DNA of 64,000 nucleotides from an uncultured Nitrospiraceae bacterium (GTDB taxonomy: Bacteria; Nitrospirota; Thermodesulfovibrionia; Thermodesulfovibrionales; Dissulfurispiraceae): positions 1-64,000 of the forward strand of contig CAVPIW010000019.1 of the NCBI GenBank assembly GCA_963705105.1. The letters run 5' to 3'. Below are positions 8,705 to 19,315 of this stretch, piece by piece. The notes beneath the pieces are model-generated. The model saw only the letters and a list, made by a program, of their open reading frames with translations. It was not told where the DNA came from and ran no database searches. Both the position numbers and the translations under genes were made by a program. Within the stretch, counting starts at the first letter, position 1, and each line of letters begins with the position of its first letter.

Positions 8705-10405
8705 ATGACTGTCATAGAAGAGTTCACGAAGGAACCGAAGATCGCCTACCTCTCCATGGAAATCGGCATCAGGAGCGACATGGCAACATACAGCGGCGGT
8801 CTCGGTGTGCTTGCGGGCGATACGATCAAATCCGCTGCTGACCTGAGACTCCCCATGGTCGCCGTGACGAGCCTGACGAAAAAGGGGTATTTCAAACAGG
8901 ACCTCGACATCTACGGCAGGCAGACCGAACGCCCCGAGGAATGGGACCCGAACCACTTCATGCTTCCTCTCAAGGAACGCGTAACTATCTCCATCGAGGG
9001 CAGGGAGGTCCTCCTCGGTGCCTGGCTCTATGTCGTCACCAGTGAAACGGGCGGGAAGCTGCCCGTCATCTTCCTCGACAGCGACCTCCCGGAAAATGAC
9101 CCGAGGGACAGGGAGATCACCCACTCACTGTACGGCGGCGACCTCGAATACCGGCTCAAGCAGGAGATCGCCCTCGGCATCGGCGGCTGCAGGATGCTCG
9201 ACGCGCTGGGATTCGAGATCAAGAAATACCATATGAACGAGGGTCACTCGAGCTTTCTCACACTGGAGCTGCTGAGGAAATTCAAGCGCGACATCGAGGA
9301 GGTCTGGGACGAGCGGCTCGTGTGGGACACGGAAAAGGTGCGAAGTCTCTGCGTATTCACCACCCATACCCCCGTGGCTGCCGGGCATGACAGGTTCCCC
9401 TACGATCTCATCGAGAAGACCATGGACAGCGTGATCCCCCTCGACATTATCAAGGACTTCGCCGGTCGCGACGAGCTGAACATGACGAAGCTCGCCCTGA
9501 ACCTCTGCAATTTCGTCAACGGCGTGGCGAAGAAACACGGCGAAGTCTCAAAAAGCATGTTCCCCGGTTACGAGATCTATGCCATCACGAACGGCGTGCA
9601 CTCCTTTACCTGGACCTGTGACAGTTACAAGAGACTCTACGACAAGTATTTTCCGGGCTGGGCGAATGAACCGGAAATCTTCGTCAGAGTCGACCGCATC
9701 CCTGATGACGAATTCTGGGCCGCCCATATGGAGGCGAAGAAGCATCTCATCGACTATGTCAACCGCGAGACGCAGGTCGGCATGAATCATGACACCTTCA
9801 CTATCGGTTTCGCCAGGAGGGCGACGGCATACAAGCGCGCTGACCTCCTGTTCACCGATACGGAGAGGCTGGCGCGGATCGGTGAGGGCAGGCTCCAGAT
9901 CATCTACGCGGGCAAGGCCCATCCCCATGACGAGGCGGGGAAGAAGCTCATCCAGCGTATATTCGAAATGAAGGACCGCCTCAAGGACAAGATCAAGATC
10001 GCCTTTCTCAAGAACTACAACATGGACCTCGCCTTGCAGCTCGTGTCGGGCGTCGACGTCTGGCTCAACACGCCGCTGAGGCCCCTGGAGGCATCGGGCA
10101 CGAGCGGCATGAAGGCCTGTCACAACGGCGTACCCAACTTCAGCGTCCTTGACGGCTGGTGGATCGAAGGATACATCGAGGGATACACCGGCTGGGCCAT
10201 CGGTCCCTCGCCGGATGTGCCCGCCGACCCCGCGCGGGATGCCGATGACCTCTATTACAAACTGGAGACTCTCATCATCCCGACCTTTTACAGCGACAAG
10301 CACATGTGGATCAGGATCATGAAGAACGCCATCGGAAAGAACGCCTATTACTTCAACACCCACAGGATGATGAGGAGGTACGTGACGGAGGCTTACATCA
10401 GGTGA
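8705..10405 (+). CDS. glgP: Alpha-glucan (glycogen) phosphorylase, short type
   Basis: YSGGLGVLAGD, HMNEGH, FTTHTPV, FARRATAYKR and EASGTSGMKA (PLP Lys) motifs. Confidence 0.93.
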   Translation: MTVIEEFTKEPKIAYLSMEIGIRSDMATYSGGLGVLAGDTIKSAADLRLPMVAVTSLTKKGYFKQDLDIYGRQTERPEEWDPNHFMLPLKERVTISIEGREVLLGAWLYVVTSETGGKLPVIFLDSDLPENDPRDREITHSLYGGDLEYRLKQEIALGIGGCRMLDALGFEIKKYHMNEGHSSFLTLELLRKFKRDIEEVWDERLVWDTEKVRSLCVFTTHTPVAAGHDRFPYDLIEKTMDSVIPLDIIKDFAGRDELNMTKLALNLCNFVNGVAKKHGEVSKSMFPGYEIYAITNGVHSFTWTCDSYKRLYDKYFPGWANEPEIFVRVDRIPDDEFWAAHMEAKKHLIDYVNRETQVGMNHDTFTIGFARRATAYKRADLLFTDTERLARIGEGRLQIIYAGKAHPHDEAGKKLIQRIFEMKDRLKDKIKIAFLKNYNMDLALQLVSGVDVWLNTPLRPLEASGTSGMKACHNGVPNFSVLDGWWIEGYIEGYTGWAIGPSPDVPADPARDADDLYYKLETLIIPTFYSDKHMWIRIMKNAIGKNAYYFNTHRMMRRYVTEAYIR

Positions 10406-10989
10406 CGCAGGAGGCTGTGCGCAGGTCCCTCTGACTCGAGCCGCAGCAGCAACTCCTTGATCGCCACGCCACAGGAATAGCCTCCCAGGGAACCGTCCGA
10501 GGCGATGACGCGGTGACAGGGCAGGACGATCGGCAACGGGTTTTTTCCGAGGGCCTGGCCGACGGCGCGGGACGCACGCGGCCGGCCGATCCGCTCTGCA
10601 AGCCAGTGATACGACCGGGCTGCTCCATAAGGAACGTCCCTCAGAGTCCTCCATACGGCCTGCTCGAACTGAGTGCCACCGGGGAATTTCACATCGAGGG
10701 TGAAGTCCTGCAACTCGCCCCCGAAATAGGCATCCATCTGATCCACAAGGGCGCCGGCACAGGCCGATGCCGTCTCATGATGAGCAATGAGATGCCTGAG
10801 GGGGGAGCCGGGCGGGTAGTACAGGCCTGACCCGGGTGAAGGAGAATGTCCGTGACCGGCAGGGGTCGAAGCGGCCCTCTCCTGTTCCGAAAGTACCTCA
10901 AGGTCAATGCGGACGACCATCCCGCCTTCGCAGCGATAGATGATGCGCAGGTCCTCCAGAGAAAGGGAATTCTTTGCTCCTTCACTCAC
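10393..10989 (-). CDS. ogt: Methylated-DNA--protein-cysteine methyltransferase (start uncertain)
   Basis: GTQFEQAVW, RAVGQALGKNPLPIVLPCHRVI active-site motif; the longer ORF-track N-terminus overlaps PBP1A and a simple repeat. Confidence 0.85.
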   Translation of the reverse strand: MSEGAKNSLSLEDLRIIYRCEGGMVVRIDLEVLSEQERAASTPAGHGHSPSPGSGLYYPPGSPLRHLIAHHETASACAGALVDQMDAYFGGELQDFTLDVKFPGGTQFEQAVWRTLRDVPYGAARSYHWLAERIGRPRASRAVGQALGKNPLPIVLPCHRVIASDGSLGGYSCGVAIKELLLRLESEGPAHSLLRHLM

Positions 10990-11041
10990 ACTCACACTGA
11001 CACTTTCCTGTTGTATTATTCCTTCACTGTCACTGACACTT
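10983..11041 (+). repeat. (ACACTS)n hexamer simple-repeat patch
   Basis: CACTCACACTCACACTGACACT...CACTGTCACTGACACT; similar patches at about 13582-13612, 24407-24435, 24893-24917 and 60872-60890. Confidence 0.7.
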
Positions 11042-11083
11042 TCCGTAATGTACATAGCTAAACACCTTCCATTATAATCAAAC

Positions 11084-13371
11084 ATGCGTCTTAAAATCAT
11101 ACTCGCCCTGTTCGTCCTGCTCCTGGGTTTTGCTGCAGGCGGATATCTCGCCCTCGCCAAGGACGTGCCCTCCATCAAGGAACTGAAACAGTCCAGGTCC
11201 ATCCAGGGAACAAAGGTCTATGCCGACGACAACACGCTCATCGGGGAATTCAAGGCCGACAAGGGGATATTCGTTCCCATCGGCAGGGTGCCGGAACACC
11301 TCAAGAAAGCCGTCGTCGCCGTTGAGGACGCGAGGTTCTGGAGTCATAAGGGCATCGACTACATAGGCATCGCCCGGGCCCTCGTCAAGGACATCATGTA
11401 TGCGAGCCTCAAAGAGGGAGGGAGCACCATAACGCAGCAGCTCACAAAGATCGTTTTTCTCACGCCCGAGAAGACGCTGCAGCGCAAGCTCCGCGAGGCC
11501 GAGCTCGCCATACGACTGGAGAAGGAGCTGACCAAGGAGGAGATCCTTGAGCTCTATCTCAACAAGGTCTATTTCGGGCATAACGCCTACGGAGTCGAAA
11601 TGGCCTCGCGTCTCTACTTCGGCAAACCCGTCAGCCAGGTGACCCTTCCCGAGGCCGCCCTCCTGGCCGGCCTCATCAAGGCGCCGAACAGCTATTCTCC
11701 TTATAATGACCTGGTGAGGGCAAAGGAACGGCAGGAGATCGTTCTCGCGAGGATGGAAGACGTGGGCTACCTGAAGCCGGCGGAACGGGATGCAGCGAAG
11801 AAACAACCCATTGCTTTCGCATCACTCCTGTCCTCGGGAGAGACGAACAATTACTTTCTCGAATACGTGCGCCAGCAACTGGAGCAGAAATACGGCGTTG
11901 AGGCGGTCTACAAAGGCGGTCTCAGGGTCTACACCACCTTCGACAGGAGGATGCAGCAGGTCGCCCAGCGGGCCCTCCAGAGCGGACTTCGCGACGTGGA
12001 CAAACGCAAGGGTTGGAGGGGACCTGTGGGCCGGAAGGAAAACATCGCCGGTCAATCCGACGAACTGAGGGTTTCCTTCCCCGCGCGCGAAGGGGACATT
12101 TCCACGGGCGTCGTCATGTCCGTCGGCCCGGCGGAGGCTTTCGTCAAGGCCCGGGGCGTTACGGGAAAGCTGATGCTCTCCGATGCCCTCTGGGCCGGCA
12201 CCGTCATCGACAAGGCGAAGGGACGGGCCACCACTATCAAGAACTTCAAGCTCACCGACATTCTCCACCGCGGGGATGTCATCTGGGTGAAGCTGAAGAG
12301 CATCGCCGGCAAACAGGTCCTGTTCAGCCTCGAACAGGAGCCGGAGGTCGAGGGGGCCTTCGTCGCCATCGATGCGGAGACGGGATATGTGAAGGCCCTC
12401 GTGGGCGGCTTCGGCTTCGCAAAGAGCGATTTCAACCGTGCCCTGCATGCAAAGAGACAGCCGGGGTCTTCCTTCAAACCCGTTGTCTATGCCGCCGCCC
12501 TGGAGCGGGGATTCACGCCGGCCAGCATCGTCAACGACGAGCCGGTGACATACCCCGGGGGACCGGGCGGCAGCTGGAGTCCTGAAAATTCCGACCACAG
12601 GCATTACGGGCCGACGCGCCTTCGCGAAGCGCTCGCCTATTCGAGGAACGTCGTGACGGTCAAGCTGGTCGACACAATCGGCATCGACAATCTTCTGGAC
12701 TTCGCCCGGGATATGGGCATCACGGCGTCCATGCCCAGGGACCTCACCATAGCCCTCGGTTCGATGTCAATGAGCCCCATGGAGATGGCGACTCTTTATA
12801 CGTCCTTCGCAAACGGCGGGTTCAGGACCAACCCGATCACGATCAAGTATGTCCTCGACGGCAAAGGAAGGCTCCTCGAGAGCAACGAGCCCGAAGCGAC
12901 GGAGGTCATGTCCCCTCAAACGGCCTTTCTCGTCACCTCGATGCTTGCCGACGTCATGCGGTACGGAACGGGGGGAGGGCCCAGATCGGCGTGCCGGCGG
13001 CGGGCAAGACCGGCACGAGCAACGATTACAAGGACGCCTGGTTTGTCGGCTATACAACCCAGCTTGTGGGGTGCGCCTGGGTCGGTTATGACGATATGAA
13101 ACGGTCCCTCGGCCCCGGTGAGGTGGGCGGACGGGCTGCCGCACCCATCTGGGCGAATTTCATGAGAGGCGCCATTGACAGCTCGGGAGCGACGGATTTC
13201 ACACAACCCGACGGATTGATCAGGGTGCCCATCGACGCTGCCACGGGCCTCCTTGCCAATGATCCCGCCCATGCCGTGCAGGAGTTCTTCAGAGAGGGGA
13301 CGCAACCGAGGGAATTCGCGAAGTCCTCGTTACGGACGGAGCGGGCGCCCGTGAGAGGCGACTATGATTAG
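11084..13371 (+). CDS. mrcA: Penicillin-binding protein 1A, split by a 1-nt frameshift near 12970-12975
   Basis: Transglycosylase EDARF, GGSTITQQL, RKLRE; transpeptidase SSFK and SRN in 11084-13099; the KTGT motif lies in the other frame (12991-13371). Confidence 0.88.
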
Positions 13372-13548
13372 CGCATACACCCAAACCCCCGACTTTCCGG
13401 AAGGCGTATGCAACGAGAAGGTCTACCGTATCGCAGTCCCGGGAAAGGCGGGGCGTATGCACCGAAAACCTTGCTGCGGCAGCACCGTAACTCTCATAGA
13501 AGACAATCTTTCAAGCCAATGGTCGATCACACGAAGAGTGGAATCCTG
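13371..13548. mobile_element. Two head-to-head MITE-like partial copies (13371-13422 minus, 13424-13548 plus)
   Basis: Inverted left end ...TATGCAACGAGAAGGT joined to TACCG...GGGAAAGGCGGGGCGTATGCACCGAAAACCTTGCTG...ATGGTCGAT...GAATCCTG. Confidence 0.8.
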
Positions 13549-13665
13549 CAGGGGCCGTTCCCCGAACGGCCCGACATTAATGACACTTTTCCTGACACTC
13601 ACACTGACACTGTTTAAGGTCTATTGAAGGGGGGGTATCCTATCCCGCCCGCAGATTGAGGGCAT

Positions 13666-14106
13666 TCACTGCGGGGACCGGTTGTCGGTCCTGCTGGCGA
13701 TGTAAATGACGCAGTCTTCACAGGATGTCCCGTTCTGGCTGCATACCATCTTCTTCAATTCCCAGCATGGCTTGGACCTGTTGATGAAGGCCGTGCAGAA
13801 TGACCGGCTCTCGTCGGTGCAGCGCTTGATCTCCCAGCAGGGGACATAGTCGAGCAACCGCTTGATCCCTTCGATGCTTATCTTGTTGCCGTGAATGAGA
13901 TCCCTCACGCACCTGAGCCACTGTATGTCATTCTCCGAGTAATACCGGTTCTTGTTCCGCCGTGCCGGCACGATGAGCCCGTGCTTTTCATACAGGCGCA
14001 ATGTCTGGTTGGTGATGCCGATCAGCTCTGCAACGATGCCTATCGGATAAAGAGGAAGGCTTTTCTTGCCCTGGCTCGGTAACTGTACACTTTTCTTCAT
14101 ACACAC
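13666..14106 (-). CDS. MerR/HspR-family regulator with Cys-rich C-terminus (two CWE..C motifs)
   Basis: YPIGIVAELIG...QTLRLYEKHGLIVPAR...RYYSENDI HTH; CWEIKRC...C and CWELKKMVC...CEDC. Confidence 0.85.
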   Translation of the reverse strand: MCMKKSVQLPSQGKKSLPLYPIGIVAELIGITNQTLRLYEKHGLIVPARRNKNRYYSENDIQWLRCVRDLIHGNKISIEGIKRLLDYVPCWEIKRCTDESRSFCTAFINRSKPCWELKKMVCSQNGTSCEDCVIYIASRTDNRSPQ

Positions 14107-14163
14107 CTCTATTTGTAATTCTTAATTTTACTATATTTATTTTCGGTATTTCATCAGAAAGAT

Positions 14164-16791
14164 TCAATATGTCTTCCCGGCGGGCAGAAAATGCTCCTGT
14201 ACGTATGATATTTCATCCTCCCTGGTCGTCAGGCGGTCGAGCAGTTTTTCTTTCAGTATGCCGTTGAAGATCGCGGCATACTGCGGTCCCGGGGGGATCC
14301 CGAGCGCCGCCAGGTCGCTTCCCCTGATGATCGGTCTCGTGTTCCTGAGCTTCGTCAGAAACTGCGAGATGCTCTTCTTCTTTTCCTGGTCCTGCGTCAG
14401 GGCCATGCAGAGAAGCATGGTCTCGAGATCGCACCCTGTCAGGGCATCGTAAATCCGTATGGGATCGTCCGGTTTCAGTCTCCTGAGGACGGAGTCGGCG
14501 GACTGCAGTCCCGAAAGAATCTTGCCCCTGATCTTCGCCGAGATCCCCAGCCTTTCGAGCGCCACCTCCCTTTCCGCCGCCGTCAGCCTGTGGAGAAGCG
14601 CCATGGTATAGAGGACGCCCCTGTCGAAGCTCTCCTTCAGATAGAGCAATTCGAACCAGGAAATGGTCGTTTGGACCGATTGCAGGAGCGTCTCGAGCCC
14701 GGCCGTCCACGTGATCCGGGGATGGATGATCTTCAGGAGCTCATACGCGCTCAGGCGCCGGATCGCCCTGACAGGGTCCGTCTCGTGGAAAATGAGGTTC
14801 AGTTCGTCATAGATCCTTGTCCCCGAGAGCTTTTCGAAGATGTTCATGCGCACGGCGAGCTTGATGAGGTTCTCCGTATGTTTCGAGAGCTTGTACCCGA
14901 AACGCTCCGAAAAACGGACGGCGCGGTATGCCCGCGTCGGGTCTTCGACAAAGCTGAGATTATGAAGAACCTTGATGACCCGCTCCTTCAGGTCCCTTTG
15001 TCCCCCGAAAAAGTCGATGAGCTGGCCGAAGTCTCTCCTGTTCAGCTTCACTGCAAGGGTATTTATGGTGAAATCCCTGCGGTACAGGTCTTTCTTGATA
15101 GATGACGCCTCGACTGTCGGCAGGGCTGCCGGTGATTCATAGTATTCCGTCCGTGCCGTGGCCACATCGAGCTTGAAGGAGTCCCTGATGATCTTGGCGG
15201 TGCCGAAACGGTGATGGACCGTCACACGTGCGCCGATCTTCGCGGCAAGGGCCTTTGCGAAGGTGATCCCGTCCTGCTCGACGACGATGTCGATGTCGAG
15301 ATTCTCCTCGCTCCTCAGGAGGTCCCGCACGAAGCCTCCGACCAGGTACGCGGCGCAGCCGAGCTCATCGGCCACGTCGCCCGCCGTCCGGAGGATCTCA
15401 TAGACATCGTCCGGCAACCGGTCCCGCAGGATCGTCGAGAGGTTCCTCCCGAACCCGGGCATGGTTTCATCTCGGGAGAGGTCCTTCGACGTCACCCTGC
15501 TCTTGCGGAGGAGGTCTTCATAAAGGGCACGCATGATGTCCGTTCTCGTGATCGCCCCCGTCACACTGTCGCCCTCGACGACGGGGATGAACCGCTGGTT
15601 CTGCCCGACCATGGCCTCCTCCACATCGGCGATCGGCGTGTCGGGGGTGGCGGTCGTGGCGTCCGTCGTCGCGAAGTCGATGCACCTGCTCTTGCCGAAG
15701 CCGTGAAAGAGGGCCTTCTCGACGATTTCCCTTGTGATGATGCCGCTGTAAACGTCATCCCTGACGACGGGGAGGACCGTCACCCCGTACCGTGTCATAG
15801 TGTCCTCGGCCTCCTTGACGGTGCTGTTCCAGGCGATGACGACGACAGGCGCCGTCATAACGTCGCGGGCGACCTTCATGGGCCGCACATGCTTCTCCAC
15901 GGAATCCAGGAGACGCTCCTCGACGATCTCGAAGGGGATGTCCTTGATCGTCGCCGAGGCGGCGCTCGGATGACCCCCTCCGCCGAAGACGGACAACACC
16001 CGGCCGACGTCGAGTTCCGGCACCTTGCTCCGGGCGACGATGAGTATCTTGTCTGCCATGCCGATGAGGAGCACCACGGCGTCGGTGTCCTCCATGTCCA
16101 TGATCTTGTGGGCGAGATGGGCCACATCGCCGAACCCCTCCATGTTCCCCTTCGCGATCTTTATCCTCACTCCCTGGACGACGATTTCGCGGATCGACCG
16201 GAGGAGCTCGTTCAGGAGGTCGAATTCCTCCTTGCTCAGCTCGACCTTGAGGAAATTGGAGACGATGTTCAGGTTTGCGCCACGGCGGAGCAGGTATGCC
16301 ACGGCCATGAGATCCTTCGGCGTCGTGGACGCATAGAGGAGAGAGCCCGTCTCCTCATAGATGCCGAGGCAGAGGATCGTCGCCTCCATGGGTGTCGGCA
16401 TGATGCCCTTCTTCTGCAGGATCCCGGCGAAGATCGTCGATGCGGCGCCCACGTTCTCGAAGATCTCCACCTCTCCCCGTATGTCATCCTTGCTGCCCGG
16501 GTGATGGTCGTACACGTGGACCTTGATGCCACGCCGGGCCAGCACTTCCTTGAAAGGACCGATGCGGTCCGGGTGCTTCGTATCGACGACGACGAGGCGA
16601 TTTATCTTGTCGAGAGCGAGGTCCCTGAACCTCCTGATCTCAACGGGCTGAAAGACGTCGACGAAGTCGCGGACCCTTTTTTCCATGGACCCGGGAAACA
16701 CGATGACCGCTTCAGGATAGAGTTTCCGCGCGGCGATGACCGAGGCGAGGGCGTCGAAATCGGCGTTGATGTGCGTCGTTATGACATCCAT
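14164..16791 (-). CDS. tRNA nucleotidyltransferase (CCA/A-adding type) with N-terminal DHH-DHHA1 and CBS domains
   Basis: HINADFD, YDHH, GGGGH; CBS pair; VGGFVRD..DIDI, DLYRRDFTIN and EDPTR motifs. Confidence 0.92.
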   Translation of the reverse strand: MDVITTHINADFDALASVIAARKLYPEAVIVFPGSMEKRVRDFVDVFQPVEIRRFRDLALDKINRLVVVDTKHPDRIGPFKEVLARRGIKVHVYDHHPGSKDDIRGEVEIFENVGAASTIFAGILQKKGIMPTPMEATILCLGIYEETGSLLYASTTPKDLMAVAYLLRRGANLNIVSNFLKVELSKEEFDLLNELLRSIREIVVQGVRIKIAKGNMEGFGDVAHLAHKIMDMEDTDAVVLLIGMADKILIVARSKVPELDVGRVLSVFGGGGHPSAASATIKDIPFEIVEERLLDSVEKHVRPMKVARDVMTAPVVVIAWNSTVKEAEDTMTRYGVTVLPVVRDDVYSGIITREIVEKALFHGFGKSRCIDFATTDATTATPDTPIADVEEAMVGQNQRFIPVVEGDSVTGAITRTDIMRALYEDLLRKSRVTSKDLSRDETMPGFGRNLSTILRDRLPDDVYEILRTAGDVADELGCAAYLVGGFVRDLLRSEENLDIDIVVEQDGITFAKALAAKIGARVTVHHRFGTAKIIRDSFKLDVATARTEYYESPAALPTVEASSIKKDLYRRDFTINTLAVKLNRRDFGQLIDFFGGQRDLKERVIKVLHNLSFVEDPTRAYRAVRFSERFGYKLSKHTENLIKLAVRMNIFEKLSGTRIYDELNLIFHETDPVRAIRRLSAYELLKIIHPRITWTAGLETLLQSVQTTISWFELLYLKESFDRGVLYTMALLHRLTAAEREVALERLGISAKIRGKILSGLQSADSVLRRLKPDDPIRIYDALTGCDLETMLLCMALTQDQEKKKSISQFLTKLRNTRPIIRGSDLAALGIPPGPQYAAIFNGILKEKLLDRLTTREDEISYVQEHFLPAGKTY

Positions 16792-16851
16792 GTGTATAGA
16801 ATACCATGGATCAGTACGTTTACTTATTGGACATAGCGTCTAAAATCATCT

Positions 16852-16936
16852 GTCATTCCCGCAACCCCGCACTTGATGCGGGGGCGTCGGGAATCCTTCT
16901 GACTACAAAGATAGATTCCGGACAAGCCGAAATGAC
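16852..16936. repeat. GTCATTCC...GAATGAC REP-like palindrome
   Basis: Near-identical to 56287-56369; inverted relative at 60039-60110. Confidence 0.85.
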
Positions 16937-17171
16937 AAACTGAACGGACTTATGTAGTTGTGTATAGTTGCGTCAAAAGGCGGGGCCTGTGCGACGAGGG
17001 GCTTTACCCATTACCTTTGCTTCAGGAGACCGGCAAGATTGACACATGGACACGATGACGATATACTTTAGGGCTTGAAGCCTTCGATGCAGTCGATTCC
17101 TCCCGACTCCCTGAGCCCATACGTGAGAACTCAGGAACTGCGATCTGCCTGCGAGATCATGGAACGATTCT

Positions 17172-19190
17172 GTGAACCAAAACCGTACGGGAAGCCTTGA
17201 AAATAGGGCTCTGACCTCAACTTCCCGCTTCGCCGACTGGCCGCCTCTGATTAAGGTCGCCATCTGGGGGGCAGGCACATACGGCTGCGGCCTGGCGATC
17301 CAGGCGCTCCTCACCGCGGCCGGAGCGGACTTCTCCGTGTTTTCCCGCCGCGGCGCATGGCTAATCTTGACGCTGGCCATGCTGACCGTTGGCATTCTTG
17401 CGCGGATGGACCGCAGGCCGCTGAGCGACTATGGCCTCGCCGTGGGGCCGCAGTGGGCGCGGCAGTTCCGGCTCGGCTTCCTGGCCGGGACGGGTGCGTA
17501 CGCCCTGTACTTCGGCCTGCTGTGGTACAGCGGCGCAGCCGCTCCGGACCCTCGCGGCCGCCCGCCTTTCGGCTGGCTGTCGGTGCTGTGGATCTTTCCC
17601 GTGTCCGTGGTACTGGCGACTACGCAGGTGGTATTGTTCTCCGGTTACGTGGTGGGCCTGTTCCGCCGGGCCTGGGGCAAGGGTCTGCCGGCTACGCTCG
17701 CCGCCGTCTTTCTGCCGGCCTTGCTCTTCGGCCTGCTCAGCCGCGTGCACGCGCCCTGGGAGATGCTCTGGACGCAAAACCAGCCGCAACTGGCAGGCCT
17801 GGTTTTTGCCATTGCACTGCTCAATGTCCTGAGGTTGACCAGCGGAAGCGTCGTTCTCCCCGCCGCTGTGCTGGCCGGCTTCATCTTTGTCGTTCGCAGC
17901 AACAAAACCCTGCGCCTGGTCAGAACACCGGGCGACGCAGACCTGATGGCACTGCTGGCGCCGGGACTGGAGCCGTTGCGCTCCCCGGTCCTCTGGGCGA
18001 TCCTGGCAGCGGCCGTGGTCGCGGGTTTGCTGGTCCTCTGGCGACGGGGCGAGCCGGAACCCGACGGGCGTCAGGACATCCCTGAAAGCTTCCGCCGCAT
18101 CTATCCCCTTGCCATGTTCAACCTGGGGGCCCCCCTTGATGTATGGCTCGCACGGCTGTTCAAGGCGCGCTTCCGCATCCCTCCGGTCTATCTGCCCCGC
18201 CTGGCGGTGGCACTGTCCGTATCCTGCCTGAACACGTTGGTGTGTTTGCCGGAACGCTTTCTCCTGCCGCTGATACTGCGACGGTGCAAGGTCCCCGATC
18301 CCGTCTTCATCGTCGGGGCCCACCGCAGCGGGACGACCCACCTGCACAACCTGCTGGCCCTGGATCCCGGCTTGATTCCGGCCCGCACCTTTCAGGTCCT
18401 CAACCCCAACGGGTACATGGTATGCGGCTGGCCACTGGCTGTGATCCTGGCGGCATTCATGCCCTGGAAACGCCCCCAGGACCACATGGACCTGGGTATC
18501 CTAAGTCCCCAGGAAGACGAGTTCGCCATGCTCAACTCCACCGGACTGTCCCCCTACTGGGCCATGTCTTTTCCTCAACATTACGGGCCGTACCTTGAGA
18601 CCGCCTATCCCGACCGCCTCTCGCCCCGGGACCTGGAGATCTGGCAGAGGCATTACCTGCGCTTTCTCCGGAAGCTGACGCTCTTCACCAGCCGGCGGCC
18701 TGTGCTCAAAAACCCCTGCAATACGACACGTATCGCCCTCCTGAGGCGGATGTTCCCCGGCGCGCGGTTCATCCACATCTACCGGAATCCCTGCGCGGTC
18801 TATCGCTCCAACCTGCACATGAAGCATCACCTCTATCCCCTGGTTCAGCTGCAGGAGCATCCTGACGACCGGGCCTATGGCCGGCAGTTTCTTGAGGGCT
18901 ACCGTGATGCCATGGAACGGCTGTACCGGGACTCCGCCGATTGTCCGCCGGGACGGTTCGCGGAGGTGCGTTACGAGGACCTGAAGACGGACCCGATGGG
19001 AGAGATTCGCCGTATCTACCGGGAGCTGGAACTGCCCTGGAACGGGCACTTCGAGGAGCGTCTGCGCCGTTACCTGGCAGAAATCGCCGGCTATCGCGGG
19101 AACCCTTCCCTACCGCTGCCGGAGGACGTGCAACAGTCTGTAGAGGAGACGATGAAGCCCTTTCTTGTCCGGTGGGGATATTTGGCCTGA
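17172..19190 (+). CDS. Multi-pass membrane domain fused to a PAPS-dependent sulfotransferase
   Basis: Several hydrophobic segments in the first ~290 aa; PVFIVGAHRSGTTHLHNLL 5'-PSB loop, PQEDE, LKNP, FIHIYRNP and VRYEDL motifs. Confidence 0.85.
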   Translation: MNQNRTGSLENRALTSTSRFADWPPLIKVAIWGAGTYGCGLAIQALLTAAGADFSVFSRRGAWLILTLAMLTVGILARMDRRPLSDYGLAVGPQWARQFRLGFLAGTGAYALYFGLLWYSGAAAPDPRGRPPFGWLSVLWIFPVSVVLATTQVVLFSGYVVGLFRRAWGKGLPATLAAVFLPALLFGLLSRVHAPWEMLWTQNQPQLAGLVFAIALLNVLRLTSGSVVLPAAVLAGFIFVVRSNKTLRLVRTPGDADLMALLAPGLEPLRSPVLWAILAAAVVAGLLVLWRRGEPEPDGRQDIPESFRRIYPLAMFNLGAPLDVWLARLFKARFRIPPVYLPRLAVALSVSCLNTLVCLPERFLLPLILRRCKVPDPVFIVGAHRSGTTHLHNLLALDPGLIPARTFQVLNPNGYMVCGWPLAVILAAFMPWKRPQDHMDLGILSPQEDEFAMLNSTGLSPYWAMSFPQHYGPYLETAYPDRLSPRDLEIWQRHYLRFLRKLTLFTSRRPVLKNPCNTTRIALLRRMFPGARFIHIYRNPCAVYRSNLHMKHHLYPLVQLQEHPDDRAYGRQFLEGYRDAMERLYRDSADCPPGRFAEVRYEDLKTDPMGEIRRIYRELELPWNGHFEERLRRYLAEIAGYRGNPSLPLPEDVQQSVEETMKPFLVRWGYLA

Positions 19191-19315
19191 GACGGTCATG
19201 GACGATGCAGATGACTTTTCGAAGAGGACGTTGCCGGGGTTCAGGGGCAAGCCCCTTATCACCCCTTGTGACCTTACTGTTACCTTCCTATAGAGAAGAG
19301 GACCAAAGGCAGGAA

